Shown here: positions 51,418 to 64,000 of the stretch, one piece after another
How the letters are laid out: every line of letters begins with the position of its first letter
Position numbering within the stretch: the stretch's first letter is position 1
NCBI GenBank assembly: GCA_009103225.1
Contig: RHPI01003261.1
Coordinates: forward strand, 62,001 to 126,000
Direction of reading: 5' to 3'
Origin: Chlorokybus atmophyticus
Lineage: Eukaryota > Plantae > Mesostigma and Chlorokybus algae
Length of the DNA: 64,000 nt
Program-made: the position numbers and the translations under genes
The notes under the pieces: generated by a model
Database searches by the model: none
Seen by the model: only the letters and a program-made list of their open reading frames with translations
Told to the model about the DNA's origin: nothing

Positions 51418-52975
51418 GCAGACAGGCACATCACCTTCATTCTTTGCAGCGTGCTGAGCTGCGCCATGCCTAAGGCAACACACTTTGGTGCTGTCACTGG
51501 TGAAGACACCCACAGTTGCATGGTGACTCCAAGGAACGTACTCCAGACAATAGCACGAGTATGTAGATGTTGCCGTTCCCGTGCACTGGGTATGCGCAGC
51601 TATTGTGTGCTGCAGGGCCGAGCAGCCAGGTGTCGTGTTTGATGTCAACCTCGCTGACCTGAGCCCTGACACCGGCCAGCAGCTTGGATCGCAGATTGGC
51701 GGTAGCAGGTGGTGTGAACTCGTGTGTAGCTGAAACTGCAGTGTGCTTCTGCTGGAACTGCTTGTGACACGAGCGAGTTGTCATGTCTGCTAGTACACTT
51801 TGTGCTGCGTTGATAGCCCTGCTTTTCATGGGTTTGATTTGCTCTGAGTTGGCGTCGAGAGTTGTGCTTGTGAGTAACATCCCGTTTGTACCTGAAAACA
51901 GCTATGGCAGGTTTGCTTCATGTGACTGTGTCCGTCGCTTGCAGTATGTTCAAGCGTGCATTACAGCTGGCACTTACTCCCAAATGAACTTGAAGCATTA
52001 TGCATAAAGACATTGCAACATATGCTTGCGTACCCACTGGTAACCACTGTGTGTACTCTGTATGCATGAAGAAAATGTATCATATGCTGAGTATAACGGC
52101 AATTGTGGCAATCATGTCCTCGCGATGCCACATCACGCGTCATGGTCGTCACGCGCATGGCGTTGTTTTTGTCGTGTCGAGAGCGACACGGCGAGAACGC
52201 GTCACGCGCGTGACCTGCTGCTTCCTATTGTTAGGCCTACCATCGCCGGGAGGAGAGCAGCAAGCAATACTGCAACACTGCAAGCCGCCCCACTTAAGTC
52301 AGTGCAACTGGTGCATTGCACAAGTTGTCAAGAGTCATGCTGCATGCATTGCCAAAGGTTGGTCCAGCAGCTGGCAACCAGCGTAGCAGGCTGATCATAC
52401 TGGCACGCACGGCTTACACGGCGACTGCCCCTGCTGCTGGTGAGAACAGGCTACTACTGCGTTGTCTGCTGCGTGCCCTGCCGCTGCTGCTTGTCATCGT
52501 CATTGTTGTCGTCATCGTCAGCGCCTGCTGTTGCCGCTAAAGCTCGCACACTTAGTTGCATGAAGCCCCTAGCTTAGCCCTTTTGGTTGGTCGACAAGGT
52601 AGTTTTCTGCTGCTGTGGGGCACAGCCTGTGCCTGGCCTGTGGCGTGCGAGTCATGCATGGCATGTGTTTGTTACTCATAGAGGATATGCATGCCATAAC
52701 ATACTCCATGTCATCTCCTCACTGAAGCCGGTGACGTGTGCATTGCAGGCTTTCTCCCCTATATCGGCAGCCATCATCGCCGGTACGTGCAGCGCTGTGT
52801 GCATGTGCGTGCGTGTGCGCCTGGTTTTCAGCATGCGTGTCTGTGTGTATGCATGTGTGTGTATGTGTGTGTGCGTGCGTGTGCATGCATGTGCGTGCGT
52901 GCGCGTGCACGGCCGCAAGTCAGCTTCCACCTCAAGAGCTTGAGCATTTATACTTCTCGCAGCAGCGCCAGAGAC

Positions 52976-56068
<3,093 letters not shown>

Positions 56069-56771
56069 GCTCAGTGTATAGGTGAGCATTTACCGATAAA
56101 CTCTACCAAGACGTTGGTAGCTCTACCATGACCATCTTGGTAAGTTTTGCTGGCGACGGGTTTTTGCACTGTAACGACTGACAAACGGTCAGGCTTGATT
56201 TTTGTTTTCTTGACTTTATATTACTATACTGCGACAAATGGAAACATTTGTGATATAAATGTCCACCTCCGTCAAGCTCAAGATTGCGGAAGTGTGTCAA
56301 CACAAGTAATGTGCAAAGGAGTATGCAGTGTACAAACAATGTGTGTGTGATACCATTGTATGTTAGCCAATGGCATCGCAGTGCGAAAGGCCTGAGGGGT
56401 GGGAGAGGGGAACTTCTACATCTGTAAGTGGGCTCGACGGGGACCAGAGGGGAGGGCAAGCGTTGAAGGGAGAAAAAGGGGTTGCGAGAAGCAACCTGTG
56501 CAAAGCTGTATTTGCCACAACAGTCTCCAGTCCATCTGCAATTTGCAAATGATCTAGAGTACAGCTGCTCTTGCAGCTGAGCTGCATAATCCTTCAGATG
56601 GGGGCTCTTCAGCGCGGTGGTGTCATGACCTCTGGCTAACATACACTCCAATCTCTTTCAAATCTGAATGATACACTTGCACCAGTTACCAACACCATGC
56701 ACACTACACTCCTGTTATATACAATCACATACTCGTTTCACAACTGTAATCTGCACAGATGTCACGTAGTC

Positions 56772-59395
56772 TCATATAGAAGAGCCATTGGATATGCCAC
56801 TCAATGAGCGGTTGAGAACATGATTGCTCAGAAAGCTTGACGAAAGCGGCTCTTGAACTAGACCGCCAAAGTTGCAGCTGTGACATGCGCAGTTGTCGAC
56901 CCCAAGCTGATCCTTGACACAAGTCTCTGGGCTGCAGTTTCACGAAAGTCAGCACGGCAGCTTGCAACAACGCATGCAAATTAAAACGCTCAGCTCATTG
57001 CTCCAATCAGGACTCCCTTGCAGTGTTTTGACCAAGTCGTACCTGCCAGCGATCGTGCCCACGCGTTGTCGCGAAGCCATGAGGTCCTCAATAAAGGTGT
57101 CCAGTTTCTGCTGGGTTACGTTAGGCATAACCACTGCGTGCGCAATCTGGCCTTCGCAAGCCAGTTGCCACTTTTTGACAAACTTCTCCTCCTGCGGCCT
57201 TTCAAACACCACCGTCGAGGATAGCCTGTTCAGCATCGTGCCGATCCCGCGAGCTCTTAGGGACTTGTGCAAGTACTGCCAATAACAGCAACCGCTTAAG
57301 ACGAGTGTGCAAGCCCTACAAGCTGCGAGTAAGCCATGCTACCAACCCTACTTGCAGCTAACATGCTTGGCTGCAGCACTCCCATGCTGCCCCAATCCCT
57401 GCCCCCCACACTTAATGCAGACATAGAAGCACATACATGCTTGATTGTGCTACAGTAAACCTGGACAACAGCAAAGTACAACAGCTGAGTGAAGAAACCA
57501 ATACCAACCACAGTCCCCTCCCTCACGCTCCCCTCTTCCCCCCACTCACACATGACATCTGCCACAAGCATCGGCTAGCTCATCTCCATTGCTTGTCCTA
57601 ACCACAGAGACGATCACACGATTGACACACTTGATGGCCGCAGCAAACAAGCTGTTGCATAATTGACACAAACGATGCATTTAAGCCGCCCAAACATGCA
57701 CCTCATGCAAAGCAATTCAGTCCGCTGGCAAGTGTTGGAGTCATCCTCTATTTGCCATGTCCAACACTTACTTGTGCCAGAGCCATGCAGGCGCGCACTT
57801 CCTTCCGGATGCCTCGGTAACCCTTCTTGTTCAGTGTATACCAAAGGAAAATGGGGGCGTGACCATTGCGACTGCCCATAATTGTGGCATCACGGCTGGC
57901 AAGGTACTCCACGTCTCGGCTCAGCTGTCGGATGGAAGAAAGCCGTGTGATGACCACACCGCAAGGCATCGGGCAACCTACAAACTTGTGGCCCGACACA
58001 GACACACTGCCAATAGGCTTCTTGAAGGTCACAAGCGGCGCACGTTTCAGGAATGGCACCTGCAAAGAGCAGCCAGGAGAATGTACTCTCCACAATGCCA
58101 ACCAAGACAAGAAAGCCACTGCACAAAAAGGAAACGCACAAGTCAACACAGATGTCGTCCTTGAATAGTTCATACCATGAGACCAAACAATGCGCCGTCG
58201 CAATGAATGAAGAAGCGCTCTTCCGAGAAGCCAGCACGGGTGAGCGCATCCAAAACGCCGTCCAGGTCATCCACAGCGCCCTTGACAGTGGTGCCAATGT
58301 TGACATTCAGCACGGCACACCTGTCTTTGTTCTGTAAAAGCGACTGGAACAACTCTTCGCAGTCAATCTCGCCAGTGATGAGCGTAGGGACCTTCACCGC
58401 ATCCATGCGGTACATGCGTGCTGCCTGTGCCATCAAGTGTAACAGTCAGCATGCACGCTATGCTTCACACGGCAACACGCATGATAGCATTCAATAGACT
58501 AATGCACATAGCACCTTGAACACTGAGTAATGTGACTCCTTAGAAGCGTATAAGACGGCATCTGGAAGGCACTCCCTGCCGACAAGAATGCCATGCAGGT
58601 TGCCTTCAGTGCCGCAGTTGGTGATGTAGCCCCAATATTCCTCTTTCGGTATCTGCCAAAGCGCAGCGAACCAGTCCAGAACACCGACTTCAAACGCTCG
58701 CGAGTGCACTCCATAGTTGCTTTCCACGAATGGGTCACCCAAGTTGTTAATGCTGAAACCCTGACAACACAAGAAACAGGCTGCGCTCAGAGTACAGTAC
58801 ATGCAGCGCACGTACAAGCTACATGCATGCCGCTCGCGACAATCATGCGAATATGCATGCACTGCATTTGCTCCTTTTGCTGTTGATTGCACTACGTGCA
58901 ATCAACAACAAATAATTACAGTTCAGCGCATGGCAATGCCATTGTGCAGCATGCAAAAACTTGTTACTGAGCTAATGTGTGTCATAAGCCTGCGCTGCAT
59001 CGAGCATCACGTACTTGAAGCTGAGCTAGAGCGCCGTAGTCAAAGTCCAGGTTGTAAGGGTAGCCCAAATGGTGGGCGGTGCGCTCCATGAGCTGGCGGC
59101 GGAACTTAGCCAGAACGGCAGCCATGGCAGCCTCCCTCTCAACGGAATCCTCCTCCTCCTCCTCGTCACCATCCCTGGCCTCGGGCTCCGTCACGGCATA
59201 CACGGCGAACTCCTGAGCGGCACCGCTGCCCGCAGCAGCAGCAGCAGCCCCGTTCACCGTCGTGGCCAGCGCCGGCTTCTCCCTGGTGGGCTTCGCCGAC
59301 GCAACAGGGGAAGGCTCCGTCGGCGGAAGGTCCGCCAGGTCCACCGCGCCGTCCTCGCTTACCCGCAGCTGCCTGAACGCCGCCGACATGGCCAT
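56772..59395 (-). CDS. SDC1: Serine decarboxylase (group II PLP-dependent, histidine decarboxylase-like)
   Basis: [111 protein letters not shown]-terminal [15 protein letters not shown]. Confidence 0.96.
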
Positions 59396-59451
59396 GACCG
59401 TGCCTTCCCCCCTTGCCCACCACCCCGCCCCTCGCCGCTGCTCACCCCTGA

Positions 59452-59459
59452 AAACCCTA
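59452..59459. promoter_or_regulatory. Telo-box upstream of the SDC1 ATG
   Basis: AAACCCTA exact match, 57 nt from the start codon. Confidence 0.5.
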
Positions 59460-61917
59460 ACCCGACAGTGGCGACACTTCTGAATCCAACGCCTATAACA
59501 ACAGCACTGCTCTCGCCAATGCCACCAACACCGCCGCCGCCGCCGCCGCCGCCGTGCCAACTCTACCAGGCATGCACGAAATTTCACCACTGTTAGAACG
59601 CCGTTCTGTTGTTAGCGCATGATGCTTGGCATCTTGTCAGTGTTTGTCGTTCGATGTCAACAGAAAGGCGGCAAACGCGTGACAGCGCCTACGCGTTCGT
59701 TGCCTCCCGTTGTCAGCGCATGCACGCAACTGTCCGCGCAGGAGACTGTGTGAGCGCGTCTGATGTGGAACCGCCACGTGTACCGGAGGTGAAGCGTCGG
59801 CTGTTCGACGAAACAGGGTTCGTACACAGCTGATGATTGGTGAACAGAAGATGCTATGCTCTCTTGGACATTGCCAAGGTTATCAGATGCAAAATGCCAA
59901 ACTATAGCATGATATTGACCATGTGACAGTGCTGCTCCATCATGGAGTGCAGCGAAGAAGGTAGCTTAGAGTCTTTATGATTCAATTTGACATTGTTCAA
60001 CAGTCATATATGAAGTAAAGTAGTGTTTTACGCAGCTGCTGATGATGATGATGATGATTGCAATCTGAACACACATTGGCCTACGCTTAACGCATACAAA
60101 AACTTAAATATGCTCCTCTATCAGCCTATTGTGCAAGCCATTAAGTAATGTTTATCATGAAAAATACCACATATGTGTCAATGTTGTGTGGGTTATATTT
60201 GGGCAACCATAACCAATGCTGGTACGGTCAACATACTTAATATATGTAACAATATATTAATCATATTGCCTCAAGAAATTTTGCGCTGTATAAGCCGTTA
60301 AACAGCAAAAGACAATCTGTGTGATGACGGTCTCTGCAAACGCATCGCAATTGCTGTCCATCAACAAGCGGAAAGCTAAATAGCCCTCACAAGTTTTTGT
60401 TAAACCTTCAACGGCATTTTATAGCACATGTCAGCTGCCGTTTTTTATGAGCATATACTTGTTGCAGTAAGCTTAGCATATGACAATATTGCTACTTGAA
60501 GTTAATTAGGCTTAAGTGATACATAGTAATATCTGAAATACTCTGGATGAAACATCGCAAACCCAAACAGAAGATTTGATAGTGGGGGTGGGGCATTTAA
60601 CCGAAAACGCTGTCGGCTTGTCAAAATCCGCTTTGCTACACGCTTAGGCTTTGCTTCGATGTTACAAAATTTGCGCTTAATCGTCGCCAATAATGCATTG
60701 TGCATAACTCCGAATGCATTGAAGTTTATTCAAGTAGTTGTGATGCCTGCATGCGCGTGCTGCGTGCAACAATTAGTATCATACACAAGCTGTTTCACAT
60801 CATTACAAGACTTCATGTAACATGTAGTCTTGTAATGTTGGGTTGAGGTAAATGCATAACAACGCATCAAGATTAGACTAGGAACATATGGAATGTTCAT
60901 ATACAATGACACGGAATACGTTATTTCCTACATTACATATTATCATTGCCGATATTCATGTTTAAATGTTCAACTCTTTCAACTATGAGCGATACATTGT
61001 TAGCATGCACAAATTGTTTTAAATATATATATATATATATATTAACAATATTATCTCATGTTTATATGGGGTCACATCAGCGACATCAGCACTCGACAAC
61101 ATGACATAACCACATGCAGATGCATTACACATATGGTACTCATCAACTAGTTATTTAATACTTCTGTCGAAAACGCTTTATCGGTAATCAACAAACATTA
61201 CGTCACACCACATGATTGCGTATGCTATGGTTATAGTTTTAAGCATAGCAATGAAAATTATTTTGAATCAATTCAAGTATTGATTCCATGGCATACCGTA
61301 ATGATTGCAGCGCAACTTGCAAGTTGGCTTTGCAATCTGCAGTGCCAACAGGTACTTAACTTAACAATGGGCGATTCAATACTTGCCCAAGTGCAAGTTG
61401 ATTACCTGGCATTGCAATCGCCCCCTGGCCTGCAGGATATCAACAAAACACTCACATCCATAAGCTGAGCTGCTATTACACTTGGCATGCCCTGATTCGC
61501 GTGGCCGAGTCGCCACCGGCAGCACGCCGGACACGAGTACAGCGTTCGCACAGCATCGGACCGGAATCCCCAAAACCCCAGTCGGTCGCAGGTGGGTAGC
61601 GCACCGGTCCGTCGGATAAGCATGCCCAGCTTTACCTACAGAGGCATACCACCGCCGCCGCCGCCAGGAGCGCCGCCTTGCGAGTGTGGGTGAGGGGGTA
61701 GTAGTCTGCTCTGGTACGCTTAAGGTTGTTTGCGCACTGGCACTGATCATCTAAGCGACGGTGGGTGACTTGGACGCCTGATTGCGGAGCATGTCGCTGG
61801 GGAGGCCCAGCTGGTTGCTGCGCTGGTAGCCAGGCTCGTGGTTGAGGCTGTTGTAGGTGTCGTTGAACGCATTGCTGTAGATTAGCAGTAGATTAGCACT
61901 AGACGTGCTTTGCCAGC

Positions 61918-63983
61918 ATGGAGGCGTTGGCCACGTCGGCATCAGCGCCGTCGTCGTCGGCAGCGCAGCCATGCTTGCAATTTAGGAGAGCTTCTGCTTT
62001 CCCGGGACAAAGGCCGAATAGAGTTCGTCCGGCGGCGCCGTTGTTACGACGGCGAGTGAGGCAAAGCTCGAGCAGTCGAGAGCTGGTGAGACATTGATAG
62101 TCCTTCTATGTTGTGGCATATCTCCTTATACATTGTCAAGTTCTGCGCTGCTGTTGATATGAAAATGCATTCAGAATTTTCGTTGTTGCTCGTTGTTGTG
62201 TTCCTAGGGGTGTTTATACCGTGAATTGGTTCTCAACATTAGGTTGTTCTATGCATGTGCACTGATAAGGTGGTCACGGGTTGTCATGCATCTGTGGTAC
62301 TTATGCATGCATGCTGTCATCCATAGGCTTGTGCAGTGCTATCAGCAGACCGCGGCTTGAAGACCCATTTTTCCCAGAATGGCGCACCCAGCATCAATAA
62401 TATTCTTGAGGCTCGCATCTCAGAAGACTTGATGGCGAAGCAACAAAGTCGCCTCAAAATTTTCAGCGGAACTGCGAATCGACCTTTGGCAGAGGTATGT
62501 TTTCAAGGGCAGGAGTATCACTCGAAGTGAGTAATTCAGATTCATTCATTCATTTCTCCATTTATGCAGAACTTTGCAAGTAACAGCATGCAATTGTACT
62601 ACTGATATTGTGCAGGAGATTGCGATGTACTTGGGCGTGGATCTTGGTCAGATCAAGATCAAGAAGTTTGCTGATGGAGAGATTTATGTTAAGATAGAGG
62701 AGTCGATACGCGGGAAGGACGTGTTTCTTGTGCAACCAACATCACCACCAGCCAACGACCATTTGATGGAGTTGCTTATTATGATTGATGCATGCCGACG
62801 AGCGTCTGCACGCACAATTACAGCTGTCATTCCGTACTTTGGCTATTCACGAGCAGATCGCAAGGTCCGAACCTGCATGCACTGTAATCGATAAAAACAA
62901 GATATAGGTCCGAAGCCATGCATGCACTGTTTGGTGTGCTAAGAATAACACAAGTCCTGAAAAGCCATGGCTTTGTGCTGATGTCTTTTGGCTCGTTCAA
63001 CATTAGCTGGTGAGCAGGTATCCGGGCGAGAGTCCATTGCAGCAAAGCTTGTCTCCAACCTGATCACGGAGGCTGGTGCCAACCGTGTGCTTCTCCTAGA
63101 CTTACATTCCGGGCAAGGCATGGGCTACTTCGACATCCCAGTTGATCATGTCTTTGGCCAGCCCGTCATTCTGGATTACCTCGCCAGTAAGATGATTGAC
63201 TCCCGAGACTTGGTGGTCGTGTCTCCTGATGTTGGCGGCGTGGCACGCGCCCGGCACTTTGCCAAGAAACTGTCTGATGCGCCGCTTGCCATCATTGACA
63301 AGAGGAGATCAGCTCACAATGTTGCAGAGGTGATACAAGCAGGCAAATATTGCAAGCTGTGTTCTGGAATATAAAATAACGGACCCTGTTGGAAATGGTG
63401 TGTGAGCTGAATGTATGACCACTGCCAGGTGATGAACCTGATTGGCGATGTCAAGGGGAAGGTTGCGGTCATGGTTGATGACATGATCGACACGGCGGGA
63501 ACCATCACAAATGCCGCAGCTGTGCTGCATGAGGAGGGGGCACGTGAGGTTTACGCCTGCTGCACGCATGCTGTACTCAGGTATGCCTTTTCTGCTGATG
63601 TGTACTCTTGTAAACTGCAGCGGATTGCTTGGCAGTGGGCATCAAATGGCTTGCGGCATGTCCGTCATTACTGCGCACGAGTGTGCGCGCATATGCGTGT
63701 GCGTGTGCTTGTCATACCATCGTGCCGGCGGGCATTGTGTGAAGGAGGAATGCTTGACCTGTTTGTGCTGTGCGAAATGCTGATGCACACCGTGGTACAC
63801 AGCCCGCCTGCTGTGGAGCGCTTGTCAGGGGGCCTATTTCAGGAGGTTATTGTGACGAACTCCATCTCATTGACGAAAGACATGTATTTCCCGCAATTGA
63901 CAGTGCTGTCTGTCGCCAACCTACTCGGTGAGACCATATGGCGGGTGCACGATGAAAGCTCCATCAGCAGCATATTCAACTAG
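61918..63983 (+). CDS. PRS: Class I ribose-phosphate pyrophosphokinase, plastid-targeted
   Basis: Transit peptide MEALATSASAPSSSAAQPCL. KIFSGTAN, KKFADGEIYV, RGKDVFLVQP, YFGYSRADRK, VVSPDVGGVARAR, VDDMIDTAGT, LSVANLLGETIWRVH. Confidence 0.96.
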
Positions 63984-64000
63984 CGTGATTGTTGGTGGGC

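Noticed and set aside
59900-61300. AT-rich block as viral or organellar insertion (likewise 26600-29200 and 15550-16000)
   Set aside because: No recognisable ORF, RNA gene or termini; treated as intergenic or TE debris.

Overview
Intron-rich eukaryotic nuclear DNA with short introns (mostly ~65-330 nt, TGCA/CA-repeat rich). Most of the supplied six-frame ORFs are exon fragments or noise. Gene content suggests a green alga, probably an early-diverging streptophyte (inference): SPX-VTC4 polyphosphate polymerase present, plastid RNase J without the land-plant GT1 tail, yet a PDV-like plastid-division gene. By manual splicing I recognise 12 apparently intact genes: LAMMER/AFC kinase (-), SPX-VTC4 (+), plastid GH13 alpha-glucan enzyme (-), ER SIL1/Fes1 (+), TOS1-like GH16-type glucanase (+), PDV-like protein (-), mitochondrial ATP synthase delta (-), CLN3/battenin (+), tandem-GAF protein (-, 5' end uncertain), RNase J (+), serine decarboxylase (-) and class I PRS (+). 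There is also a frameshifted NIDO/PKD/PDF1-like secreted-protein gene, a decayed full-length chromovirus (Ty3/Gypsy) with an extra domain between Gag and protease, a pogo-like MITE, and unexplained non-coding repeat modules. The best lead is the PDV homologue at 33330-35173, from a family classically described as land-plant specific. All homology calls come from remembered family motifs, not database searches. Exon boundaries are manual predictions. Three N gaps (20629-20762, 46170, 55882) mark assembly joins.
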